Origin: Octopus sinensis
Lineage: Eukaryota
DNA: 32,610 nucleotides
Assembly: GCF_006345805.1 (NCBI RefSeq)
Contig: NW_021832805.1
Location: 1-32,610, forward strand
Reading direction: 5' to 3'
This document shows, piece after piece, positions 1-11,526 of this stretch; position 1 is the stretch's first letter, and each line of letters starts with the position of its first letter. The position numbers and the translations under genes are program-made. The notes below the pieces were generated by a model. That model saw only the letters and a list, made by a program, of their open reading frames with translations, did no database searches and was not told the DNA's origin.

Positions 1-505
1 CTCTTCTTTCCTCAGCCATGGAAACGCCTTTCCTCTCACTGTCCGAACGCCAGGCAGAGCGGTCAGCAGCTGTTACCTCCCACGTGTCCAACAGATGTTG
101 GCAGTCCTCAGGTCGCGCTTGCACACACCCTGTATCGTAGCTGTGGACGTCCCTTGGGTCGGGATCCCGTGTGAGTTCGCTGTACAGGATGTCTTTAGGC
201 ATGCGACCGTCCTGCATGCGGCAGACGTGTCCGAGTCAGCGCAGTCGTCTCCGCACGAGAGGGCATGCATGCTTGGCATATTATCTGTTCTAGGATGACT
301 CCGTTTGGTACTCGGTCCTTCCGGAGATGCCAAGGATCCGTCGAAGACACCGCATGTGGAAGCCGCTGAGGCGGCATTCTTGCCGGGTGTATGTTGTCCA
401 GCTCTCACTGCCGTAGAGTAGGATGCTCAGCACGCAGGCTCGGTACACTGCGATCTTGGTGGTTATTGTGAGCATGTTGTTTTCCCACACTCTCCTGGAG
501 AGCTT
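1..505 (-). mobile_element. RTE/BovB-like LINE fragment (RT C-terminal region), near-duplicate of about 1351-1860
   Basis: Minus strand encodes VWENNMLTITTKIAVYRACVLSILLYGSESWTTYTRQECRLSGFHMRCLRRILGI. The sequence matches 1351-1860 except for scattered small indels, mostly in the first about 330 nt. Confidence 0.9.
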
Positions 506-534
506 ATTTTATACCTTTATAATTGTACTTTATA

Positions 535-554
535 ATCTCTGACGAGGCCTTGAG

Positions 555-592
<38 letters not shown>

Positions 593-687
593 AGTAACTC
601 ATTTATAACTGCATATTACCTCAATACATCTAACTAATATGAGCATAATGAGATACTCTTATCTACAGGCTGAAACAGCTGTAAGAT
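535..687 (+). ncRNA. Type I hammerhead ribozyme motif with very long stem/loop II
   Basis: Layout: atct-CTGACGA(539-545)-ggcct...aggct-GAAA(672-675)-c-agct-g-TA-agat. Stem I is atct/agat, stem III region is the palindrome ACAGCTGT, and the cleavage triplet is GUA. Confidence 0.7.
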
Positions 688-1055
688 CCATTTTATATTT
701 ATATGTATTGTTCTTATGGTATTATCTTACTTATTGATGTGTACTGTTTTATTCTGTATTATTCTGTTTGATCTGGATGTTCCTAAATAATTAGTTATAA
801 ATTATATGAATTGGTATTATTTTAGTAGTTTTTATGATTGAAAGAAATCTATTCCTCCATTTTCTTATTTTGTATTATGAATTTGAGGTAAAACATTTTT
901 ACCTTCACCCTTATATACAATAAATGAATAATTGCATTGCAATTCTTAGCATTTATGTATTAGCTTCTCTGGGTACTTCACTGGCAGTATATTGGATAAA
1001 TGATATCCCATAGTGGGTTACACTCATAACCCCTATCTCACTTTGTAATGTATAT

Positions 1056-1101
<46 letters not shown>

Positions 1102-1132
1102 ATATGTATATATGTATATATATATATGTATA

Positions 1133-2060
1133 TCTTTCTCTTTCTCTTTCTTCCCGTTGTCTTGATAGACAATGGTCGCGCGCCAAGGGTGGGGGCCTAC
1201 TTTGATGATGAGCAGCGTCTGCTGTGACTGAACAGTCCAATTCTAGAGTGGCAGTCCCTGGTACCTTGCTGCACACGAACATCGATGGGTACGTGTGGGG
1301 TGTTGTCTGCAGTTGTCCTCCTCCTGTCCGCTTGTCCGACCACAGTTGTGCTCTTCTTCATCCTCAGCCATGAAACGCGCCTTCCTCACTGTCCGACGCC
1401 AGGCAGAGCGGTCAGCAGCTGTTACCTCCCACGTGTCCACACAGATGTTGGCAGTCCTCAGGTCGCGCTTGCACACATCCCTGTATCGTAGCTGTGGACG
1501 TCCCTTGGGTCGGGATCCGTTGGTGAGTTCGCTGTACAGGATGTCTTTAGGCATGCGACCGTCCTGCATGCGGCAGACGTGTCCGAGTCAGCGCAGTCGT
1601 CTCCGCACGAGGAGGGCATGCATGCTTGGCATATTAGTCTGTTCTAGGTGACTCCGTTTGGTACTCGGTCCTTCCAGGAGATGCCAAGGATCCGTCGAAG
1701 ACACCGCATGTGGAAGCCGCTGAGGCGGCATTCTTGCCGGGTGTATGTTGTCCAGCTCTCACTGCCGTAGAGTAGGATGCTCAGCACGCAGGCTCGGTAC
1801 ACTGCGATCTTGGTGGTTATTGTGAGCATGTTGTTTTCCCACACTCTCCTGGAGAGCTTAGCCATGGCAGCAGCAGCCTTCCCAATCCGTCTGTTCAGCT
1901 CCGGCTCGAGGGACAGGCTGCTGGAGACCGTCGATCCCAGGTAAGTGAACTCGTTCACCACCTGCAAGCTGTGGTCGCCGACACTGATGCTGGGGACCCC
2001 TCCGACGTCCTGGCCCATGATCTCTGTCTTTTTCAGGCCGATGGTAAGGCCTAACTCTTG
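1133..2060 (-). mobile_element. 5'-truncated RTE/BovB-like LINE (RT C-terminus, C-terminal Zn-finger-like segment, 3' UTR, short repeat tail)
   Basis: Encodes LGLTIGLKKTEIMGQ...FTYLGS...RRIGKAAAAMAKLSRRVW...LLYGSESWT...RMPKDILYSEL...GRPQLRYRDVCKRDL, then RDCHSRIGLFSHSRRC. A frameshift lies near 1650 and the tail is (AAAGAG)n. Confidence 0.93.
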
Positions 2061-2066
2061 TATATG

Positions 2067-2142
<76 letters not shown>

Positions 2143-2171
2143 CAAAATAAAAACATGATGCCAAGGATTCA

Positions 2172-2249
2172 GCGGTACATATGTTTCGGGCCTTTATTAC
2201 ATGGATTTATAACAATGCATAATGTGTGTCTTTGGCCTTCTTCAGCCGC
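2172..2249 (-). ncRNA. Type I hammerhead ribozyme motif
   Basis: Reverse complement reads gcgg-CTGAAGA-aggcc...(41 nt)...ggccc-GAAA-catatg-TA-ccgc. Stem I has 4 bp, stem III region is the palindrome ACATATGT, and the triplet is GUA. It lies in a 124-nt island between two (AT)n runs. Confidence 0.75.
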
Positions 2250-2276
2250 GTACAATTACTACTTATATATATATAT

Positions 2277-2448
2277 AGCGGCATTTTGTCCGACTTAAAG
2301 TTTTGAGTTCGAATGCTGCCGAGGTCGATTTTTACCTTTCATCATTTCGGGGTCGATAAAATAAGTACCAATTGAGCACTAGACTCGATATAATCCACTT
2401 ACTGCCTCCTCTGAAATTGCTGGCCTTGTGCTAAAATTTGAAACCAGT
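2277..2448 (+). mobile_element. tRNA-derived SINE family A (partial)
   Basis: B-box-like gagttcgaatgc is followed by the shared central domain gaggtcgat...tttcatcatttcggggtcgataaaataagtacc, also seen at 2463-2632 and 6150-6396. Confidence 0.75.
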
Positions 2449-2462
2449 GTTATGTTTCATAT

Positions 2463-2632
2463 GAAGCGTCGAGCTAGCAGAATGGTCACCACGAGTTTGA
2501 ATGACGATGGGGTCGACTTGTTCTTTCATCCTTTCGGAGTCGATAAAATTCCCAGTTGAGCACTGGACTCATTGTAACCGTCTTGCAGCCTCCCTCAAAA
2601 TTGCTGGCCTTGTGCCAAAATGTGAAGCCAGT
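2463..2632 (+). mobile_element. tRNA-derived SINE family A (internally deleted copy)
   Basis: Has the head gagctagcagaat, the same central domain (ctttcatcctttcggagtcgataaa) and the same 3' end (aaattgctggccttgtgccaaaat) as the adjacent copy. Confidence 0.7.
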
Positions 2633-3036
2633 CTTATTTACCATATGTAACATTTTCAAAACAAGTGGCCTCAGACTAGTGTTTTACAAAGGTGTCTTTA
2701 CCGCCAATTGGGGAATTGGAGCGTTTCAAGTTTTGAGTGGAGCACAAATAAAATTCTATTGCGAAGTGCGCTTTGAAGCTCGAAGCAAATTTATAAATCC
2801 TATGTAAGATACACACCAGAAAGTAGTGTAGCTTAGTGAACGAAATCATGAAATCAGCTGTGTTGTCTTATTTACCGGTCTTTCGGAACTCATATTGCAC
2901 TTAGTTCCATTATCTACCGTTAGGCGTCGTTGTGACTCGTGATTCCTGCGATTGTTTTGAATTCAGATTTGTTTACGTCTGTTTATCGGCTACTTTCTCA
3001 TTCACATTCATTTGTGATCCTTTTTTTGCCCCCACA

Positions 3037-3218
3037 GCTCCTAAGAACATTCATAATGAAAATGCTAAGCGTCATGCTTTAACGCCGAAAGATAAACTGG
3101 TTATGATAAACGCCATGAAAAAGGTGAAAAAAGGGTTGAAATTGCACGATCTTTTGGGATAAGTAGGACAACTGTATCGACGATTGTATATAATAAGGAC
3201 AAGATTGTAGCACGCATG
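3037..3218 (+). pseudogene. pogo/Tigger transposase N-terminal HTH (CENP-B/psq-type) fragment
   Basis: With one frameshift it reads APKNIHNENAKRHALTPKDKLV / KRHEKGEKRVEIARSFGISRTTVSTIVYNKDKI, the typical pogo/Tigger N-terminal DNA-binding pattern. Confidence 0.75.
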
Positions 3219-3628
3219 GTTTTTATGAACCACGTCTTATTGAAAATGTATTCATAAATAAGATACAGAACTGGGAATGGTTATTATCGGTTTAGCATAA
3301 ACAAGTTTAGCATAACGGCGGTGCATCAGCATGGTCGGAGCTCTGAGCTGGAAGAAGGAAAAAAAAAGTAAATTCGGCCTAGCCTAGAGACAAGTTAATT
3401 CGAGTTGGTTTTCTATATTTTTTTCATCTTTTAATTGCAATAGAAATAAAACGAACCAAGCATCTTTTTAAATTTTCTTCTCCATTTTAAAAAACTTTTA
3501 ATTTTATGAAATTGTTTATACACATATATATTAATGAACTTCTTTTCAATATATTTGGTTAAACACAGTTGGCACCAGGGTCGTTCTTTAACAATTCCTT
3601 ACGTGGATATTGCTTCCAAAAATTCTGA

Positions 3629-3751
3629 ATGTATGTATGTATGTATGTATGTATGTATGTATGTATGTGTGTGCGTGTGTATGTATGTATGTATGTATGT
3701 ATGTATGTATGTATGTATGTATGTATGTATGTATGTATGTATGTATGTATG

Positions 3752-3795
<44 letters not shown>
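3629..3795. repeat. (TATG)n followed by (TA)n microsatellite
   Basis: Direct reading. Confidence 0.98.
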
Positions 3796-3799
<4 letters not shown>

Positions 3800-3974
3800 G
3801 AGGGAAGCTACTATGTGGAAACCCATATGCTAGAAATAGATCCGCTACCGTCTCACCACTAAGAAGTTTTCTCAAGAAAAATTTAGCAAAACAAAGCAAA
3901 ACAAAAGAAAAAGTAATAAAAATATGGATTATTCGTATACATGTTTTACTATCAACAAATTACGCAATCTTACT

Positions 3975-4170
3975 TACGTAACATACATGCATACATACAT
4001 ACACACATATATACATACATACATATATACACATATATAGATACATACATACATATATAGATACATACATACACACATACATACATACATACATACATAC
4101 ACACACACATACATACACACATACATACATACACATATATACATACATACATACATACATACACATACAC

Positions 4171-4203
<33 letters not shown>

Positions 4204-4777
4204 CATACATACATACATACACACATACACACATACACACATACATACATACATACATACATACACACATACATACGTATATACATATATACATATATAC
4301 ATACATATATACATACATACATACATACACACATACATACACACATACACACATACACACATATATACACACATACATACATACACACATGCATACATAC
4401 ATACATACATACACATATACACATACATATATACATACATACATACACACATACATACATACACACATACACACATATATACACACATACATACATACAC
4501 GCATGCATACATACATACATCCACATATATACATACATACATACATACATACATACACACATACATAATACATACATACACACGCACACATATACATACA
4601 TACATACATACATACATACACACACACATACACACATACATACATACACACGCACACATATACATACATACATACATACACACACACATACACACATACA
4701 TACATACATACATACACACATACATACATACATACATACATACATACATACATACATACATACATACATACATACAT
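3975..4777. repeat. (CATA)n/(CA)n/(TA)n compound microsatellite
   Basis: Direct reading. It is the opposite orientation of the (TATG)n at 3629. Confidence 0.98.
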
Positions 4778-4984
4778 AAGTCATCTTCCAATTAATCGTA
4801 ATTCGATACTGAAATAACTTCAATGTCTTCTTGTATTTTACCTTATTTTGATAGAATTTTGTTTTAAACTCGAAGCGTGAAAATATATATTTTAGGCTGA
4901 CAAACAATGGCTGACGCTGGAAAGAGAAACGGCATTTGGTGTGTCTTACAGAGATTCATCGATTCAAAGCTGAAATAAGCAACT

Positions 4985-5230
4985 GTTAGTGAGACTAAAT
5001 TAACTGACAAATGCAAACATAGTGAAAACGATGAGGCATTCAGATTTTACTGCTCTGGGATATTATGAATACGTGTCAGAAATGCTGGGGTAGCATTTAC
5101 ATTTGGAAAAATTATATTGGCGAACTGTTAAGAGTGCGAATGAAAATGGAGTTAGTGGCAGACATGTGACGATGAAAGTCACTCTATCTCAAAACGAAAA
5201 TCTAACAATTTTCAACCGTCTTAAAATACA
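4985..5230 (+). pseudogene. Decayed LINE AP-endonuclease fragment
   Basis: VSETKLTD...FRFYCSG...RNAGVAFTF resembles the APE motifs SETRL / Y.SG / GVGF. Internal stops are present. Confidence 0.55.
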
Positions 5231-5456
5231 GTTAAATATAAATCCCATGGTGGCCTTGAACCACTCCTCAAATCTGCTGCAAAATCTGGCATATTATTTT
5301 CAATCTCGTACTGTGTTGAGGGAGAGAGCGGGTGATAAGCCAGGAGAGAATCAATTAGGAGGATGGTTTTCATAGCATAGCTATAGAAAGCTTCTATATT
5401 TACAAGGAGAGGGAATATGTAATTGTTATGATACGTAAAATGTATATATATGTATA

Positions 5457-5673
5457 GGCGCAGGAGTGGCTGTGTGGTAAGTAGCTTGCTAACCAACCAC
5501 ATGGTTCCGGGTTCAGTCCCACTGCGTGGCATCTTGGGCAAGTGTTTTCTGCTATAGCCCCGGGCCGACCAATGCCTTGTGAGTGGATTTGGTAGACGGA
5601 AACTGAAAGAAGCCTGTCGTATATATCTATGTATATATATACGACAGGCTTCTTTCAGTTTATATATATATAC

Positions 5674-5723
<50 letters not shown>

Positions 5724-5951
5724 ATATATATATGTATGTGTGTGTTTGTGTGTCTGTTTTTGTCCCCCCTAGCATTGCTTGACAACCGATGCTGGTGTGT
5801 TTACATCCCCGACACTTAGCGGTTCGGCAAAAGAGACCGATAGAATAAGTACTAGGCTTACAAGGAATAATTCCCGGGGTCGATTTGCTCGACTAAAGGT
5901 GGTGCTCCAGCATGGCCGAAGTCAAAATGACTGAAACAAGTAAAAGAGAGT
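5457..5951 (+). mobile_element. tRNA-derived SINE family B (bipartite, internal microsatellite)
   Basis: Head ggcgcaggagtggctgtgtggtaag (A box) and ggttcagtccc (B box), CORE-like cttgggcaagt, internal (AT)/(GT) run, tail gactgaaacaagtaaaagag. Copies at 21515-21951 and 24974-25443. Confidence 0.9.
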
Positions 5952-6101
5952 ATATTTATATAAACACAGACACACACGTACACACACATCTATTAATCTT
6001 TTATTAATCTTTTAATTTATTTGTCCATTTATTTATCAACCTAAATATCCATGAAACTGTCTCTCAAACTCTGTTTGGTTGTATAGTTCTCTATATACAC
6101 A

Positions 6102-6480
6102 CGAGGTGTGTATGAAAATTTTGAGCCTTTAAGGCCTTTGAGTCTTGAAGTCTTCTACCTATTTCTATATTACCCACAAGGGGCTAAACACAGAGTGGAC
6201 AAACAAGGACATTACAAACGGATTAAGTCGATGACATCGACCTCAGTGCGTAACTGGTACTTAACTTATCGACCCCGAAAGGGTGAAAAGCAAAGTCGAC
6301 CTCGGCGGAATTTGAACTCAGAACGTAACGGCAGACGGAATACCGCTTAGCATTTTGCCCGGCGTGCTAACGATTCTGCCAGGTCGCCGCCTTCTCGAGT
6401 CTTGAATTCTTGTACCTTCATCAGAAGTATTGTACCACGTTTTGTTTTTCTGAGGCTCAAGACTTTTCATACACCCCTTG
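6102..6480. mobile_element. Non-autonomous Tc1/mariner element (MITE) carrying a nested SINE
   Basis: Imperfect TIRs cgaggtgtgtatgaaaattttgagcct (6102-6128) and aggctcaagacttttcatacaccccttg (6453-6480), followed by TA. Confidence 0.75.
6150..6396 (-). mobile_element. tRNA-derived SINE family A, near full length
   Basis: Reverse complement has the head ggcggcgacctggcagaatcgttagc, B box gagttcaaattcc and the central domain. It is flanked by the direct repeat gagtcttgaa (6140-6149, 6397-6406), a likely TSD. Confidence 0.85.
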
Positions 6481-6574
6481 TATGTGCATGTGTGTGTGTG
6501 TGCGTGTGTTTGCGTGTATGTGTGAGTTTGTGTGTGTGTGTGCGTGCGTGCGTGTGCGTATGTGTGTGTGTGCA

Positions 6575-6605
<31 letters not shown>

Positions 6606-6976
6606 ACATACGTAAATACATAGTTACGTAAGAGTAGTGTGGCCGAACGTTTCATAAGTTTGAAAGCACAAAGTCCCTGGTTCGAATCCACTGAATGGCA
6701 ACTTAGGCGAATGTTATTTTCTATAGCCTCGTGTTGACCCGTACCCTCGGAATGAAACTGGGAAGAAGGGAATTGCACGGAAGCTTTTAAATGAAAGAAA
6801 CCGTCTTGTTAAATATTGTCTTGTGCCGATTCTGATAGAGAATTAAGTGAAGCGTACATGAGGTCCCTGCAAGACTCAACCATTGATGTGCTAAATAAAA
6901 GAGCAGGTAATTCATTTTATGAGGTCACTGAATCCTCATCGTCGAAAACTGGAAACCTGTGTAAATATATATATGT

Positions 6977-7095
6977 GTCCTCCTCCTCCTCCCTCCATGT
7001 CGGGTCTTCTCAAGCACAGCATATCGCTAAAAGCCTCGGCCACTCGTTGTTACCTCAGTGAGATCATGCTTCACCATCTCTTTCCATGATTTATT
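6977..7095 (-). mobile_element. RTE LINE 3' end remnant
   Basis: Reverse complement tggaaagagatggtgaagcatgatct...cgatatgctgtgcttgagaagacc resembles RTE C-terminal/3' ends (from memory). Confidence 0.5.
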
Positions 7096-7508
7096 GTATG
7101 TATGTATGTATGTATGTATGTAATTATGTATGTATGTATGTATGTATGTATGTATGTATGTATGTATGTATGTATGTATGCATGCATATATGCATGTATG
7201 TATGTATGTATATATGTATGTATGTATGAATGTATATTTGTATGTATGTATGTATGCATGTACGTATGTATGTATGTATGTATGCATGTATGTAAGTATG
7301 TATGTATGTATGTATGTATGTATGCATGTACGTATGTATGTATGTATGTATGCATGCATGTATGCATGTATGTATGTAAGTATGTATGTATGTATGTATG
7401 TATGTAAGTATGTATGTATGTATGTACGTATGTATATATGTATGTACGTATATATGTATGTATGTATGCATGTATGTATGTATGTATATATGTATGTATG
7501 TATGTATG

Positions 7509-7542
<34 letters not shown>

Positions 7543-7608
7543 TCTATGTATGTATGTATGTACGTATGTATGTATGTATGTATGCATGTATGTATGTATG
7601 TATGTATG

Positions 7609-7642
<34 letters not shown>

Positions 7643-7720
7643 TGTATGTATGTATGTATGTATGTATGCATGTATGTATATATGTATATATGCATGTATG
7701 TATGTATGTATATATGTATG
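7096..7720. repeat. (TATG)n microsatellite
   Basis: Direct reading. Confidence 0.98.
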
Positions 7721-7779
7721 CATGACGACAGCATATACTAAGAGAGAAGCAATCAGGAAAAAGCCGAGCACCGAGCTGG

Positions 7780-7831
7780 CTTAGCTGATGATGGCAACGG
7801 AAACTGCCGAAACTGATTCGTCAGTGTTAAG
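7780..7831 (+). ncRNA. Type I hammerhead motif with a GUG (non-cleavable-type) triplet
   Basis: Layout: cttag-CTGATGA-t-ggca-acggaaac-tgcc-GAAA-ctga-ttcg-tcag-T-G-ttaag. Stem II has 4 bp, stem III has 5 bp with a UUCG loop, and stem I has 5 bp. Confidence 0.75.
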
Positions 7832-8033
7832 AATTCTAGGTCTGTATTATGGTCCCTGCTAGTATCTATGCTTTCATTCATGTGCGTTAAATACAGCATT
7901 AGAGTGTTTTAGCTTCTATTTCTAGCAAGGTAGATTTTTTTAACAACCTTGTTACATGTAGTGACAATTATAATTCTTGTTTTGATGAAATATTGCAACA
8001 TACTGCTTACATTGGTTTTGTTTCTGTGTATTA

Positions 8034-8078
<45 letters not shown>

Positions 8079-8165
8079 GTTAATCCAAACATGAAAACAC
8101 AACAACGCGAGGACGTGGAACAAATATAGTATTGTTGGACGCTCAGGAAGGAAGGGAAGAAGGAG

Positions 8166-8202
8166 TGTTTAACGTTTCGAGTGGAACTCTTCGTCGAAAA
8201 CA
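8166..8202 (-). ncRNA. Degenerate minimal hammerhead motif (core TCGACGA)
   Basis: Reverse complement reads tgttt-TCGACGA-a-gagt-tcc-actc-GAAA-cgtt-aaaca. It belongs to the same about 150-200 bp family as 20050-20258. Confidence 0.6.
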
Positions 8203-8331
8203 TAGGAGAAGGAAAGATCCTATATATATACATACATACATACATACATACGTATATATATGTATATATATATATATAATATATAATATAATATATATAT
8301 ATATATATTATATTATATATATATATATATG

Positions 8332-8364
<33 letters not shown>

Positions 8365-8539
8365 CATACATACGTATATATATATGTATATATATATATA
8401 TATATATAATATATATATATATATATAATATATATATATATATATGTGTGTGTGTAGGTCCCGGGTTGATTCGGGGTTAACCACAGTAAATAAGGTACTC
8501 AATACATAGCAGAGTAAAATTAATTTATTATATAGAAGG

Positions 8540-8590
8540 AGCTTCTACAGGACTAGAACTGTTTCATTCAAGAGAAATCATCAGGAAGCT
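8540..8590 (-). ncRNA. Type I hammerhead ribozyme motif in an inverted PLE terminal repeat
   Basis: Reverse complement reads agcttc-CTGATGA-tttc-tctt-gaat-GAAA-cag-ttctagtc-ctg-TA-gaagct. It is identical to 12645-12695. Confidence 0.85.
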
Positions 8591-8621
8591 AGTTAACAAG
8601 AATTGTATTTGCATTTTTACA

Positions 8622-8920
8622 TTTACGCCCACACACACTCGTTCCGGCGACCGGATAAATCCAACCAAACCACCCTCACCGCCCACATCTGTTACCTTAA
8701 AAGGAACTCCATCCCCTTCAAGACCAAGTGGAAACTACTACAGAAGGCGCGTTCGTACACAGGAGGCCATACCTGCTGTGACCTTTGCATTTCGGAGAGC
8801 CTAGAGATCTTGTTCGCCAAAGGCCCTCTCCTTAACAAGATCTCAGAACACTCCCCAAATTGCATGCATAAGACTTATGCAAACTACAAGAACTATAGAC
8901 CTACCCGGCAACCAGATTGA
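8622..8920 (+). pseudogene. PLE GIY-YIG endonuclease C-terminal fragment, Naiad-like
   Basis: HTHSFR...TTLTAHICYLK...KWKLLQKARSY...CCDLCISESLEIL...LLNKISE...CMH matches the H..SF / W.I..A.SY / C.LC..E / LN..E..C.H pattern of this PLE group. The clade call is from memory. Confidence 0.75.
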
Positions 8921-9004
8921 TGACACCCCACCCACAAACCCCCCCAATCCCACCGTTCCCCTAGCACCCCCGATTACCTTTTCTCCTAAGACCTTTCACA
9001 TATT

Positions 9005-9427
9005 GTATGTGTACGCTTGTATATGTGTATCGTGTATATATGTATAGAAATGTATGGGTATAGTTGGAATATACGCATGTATTATGTGTGTGTGTGTGTA
9101 TGTATGTAAATATATATATGTATGTGTGTGTGTGTGCGTGTGTATATATGTATATATGTATGTGTGTATGTATGCATATGTATATGTATATATATATGTA
9201 TGTATATATATATATATATAAAATATTATATAATTAGGGCTTAGTAAAATAAATTACTTTGCCACATACTGAACTTTCTAGAAATAGCTGCCCAAAAAGT
9301 TTTTTAGCCATTTCCACTACTTAAAGAAAATTTCTCTCAGATAATGTTTACTCAAAAATAATGATCCTTTTACATACTGAATACTTGGTGAAATTGATTA
9401 ATAACTAATTAACTTACCCTCAATTGT

Positions 9428-9496
<69 letters not shown>

Positions 9497-9500
9497 TGTG

Positions 9501-9534
<34 letters not shown>

Positions 9535-9539
9535 ATATA

Positions 9540-9585
<46 letters not shown>

Positions 9586-9653
9586 GTATATATATACTAT
9601 GTATGTTTGTACATATATATATATTGTATATATGTATATATATGTATGTTTTA

Positions 9654-9686
<33 letters not shown>

Positions 9687-9845
9687 TTATGTATATATAC
9701 ATATATATATATATATAATATATATATATATAGTATATGCATATATATATACAAGTGTACGCTAGTATGTCGATGTCTATGTAGGTATGTAGAGTTATGT
9801 GTATGTGCATGTATGTGTGTGTATTACAGATGTGTAGATGGGTAC

Positions 9846-9898
<53 letters not shown>

Positions 9899-10366
9899 AA
9901 GTAATGTATGTAGAGTTATACGTATGTGCATGTATGTGTGTATATGTGCATATATGTAGATGGTTGTATATATGTTATATATGTATGTATATATATATAT
10001 ATATATATAATGTTGTGTATATATGTGTATGTATGTATATATATATATATATATATAATATATATAATATATATATATATAATATATATATCTGTGTGTG
10101 TGTGTGTATGTTTACATGAATGTTTCCGTCTGTATAAAGGGTAACTGCATGTATATATACTTATTATTTATTACTTGAGTATGCGTTTGTATGCATGTAT
10201 GTATTTATGTATATAAGGTGGCGCGTGAGTGTGTGTATGTGTATGCACTTCTATAGAAATATGTATACATTTATGCATGTATGTACTTATGTGTATATAC
10301 GTGTATATATATATATGTGTGTATGTGTATGTGTGTGTGTATGAGTATGTATGTATGTATACACAC

Positions 10367-10407
<41 letters not shown>

Positions 10408-10624
10408 GTATATGTGTGTGTATGTATGCATATATATGTGTGTGTGTGTGTATGTGTGTATATTTATATATATGTGTGTGTGTATGTGTATGTGTGGGTA
10501 TATATATATATATATGTGAATGTGTGTGTATATGTACACATATATATATATATATAAATATATATATATATGTGTGTAAGTGTGTGTGTGTGTATGAGTA
10601 TGTATGTATGTATACACACATGTG

Positions 10625-10657
<33 letters not shown>

Positions 10658-11004
10658 GTATATGTGTGTGTATGTATGCATATATATGTGTGTGTGTGTG
10701 TATGTGTGTATATGTATATATATGTGTGTGTGTATGTGTATGTGTGGGTATATATATATATATATGTGAATGTGTGTGTATATGTACACATATATATATA
10801 TATATAAATATATATATATGTGTGTAAGTGTGTGTGTGTGTATGAGTATGTATGTATGTATACACACATGTGTATATGTATATATATATATATGTATATA
10901 TGTATGTGTATATGTATGTGTGTGTGTATGTGTGTATATGTATGTATCTATATATATATATATATGTGTGTGTATGTGTATGTGTGTGTATGTATGTGTA
11001 TATG

Positions 11005-11050
<46 letters not shown>

Positions 11051-11180
11051 GTATATATGTATATGTATATGCATGTGTATATGTATTTGTACATATACGT
11101 GTACGCTCGTGTGTTTATGTATATGTAGGTACGTAGAGTTATGTATGTATATATGTATGTATATATACATATGTGTAAAT

Positions 11181-11240
<60 letters not shown>

Positions 11241-11475
11241 AAGTTTATATGTATGTATCCGTCTGTATAATAGGTGACTGCACGTATATATACTTAATAT
11301 TTATTATTTATTTTTTGAGTATGCATGTATGTATATGAATTACTGCACGTATATATATTTTATTATTTATTTTTTGAGTATGCATTTAAGTATATGAACA
11401 TAAGGAGGCGCGCGTGTGTGTGTGTGAAGTGTGTGTATGTATATGTATATATATGTATGTGTATATATATATATA

Positions 11476-11526
<51 letters not shown>

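Noticed and set aside
5457-5530. tRNA-like A/B boxes (also about 6635-6700 and about 26080-26140)
   Set aside because: SINE heads without a complete cloverleaf; not tRNA genes.
6415-6430. Minus-strand CTGATGA
   Set aside because: No stem II or GAAA partner; lies inside a mariner MITE.
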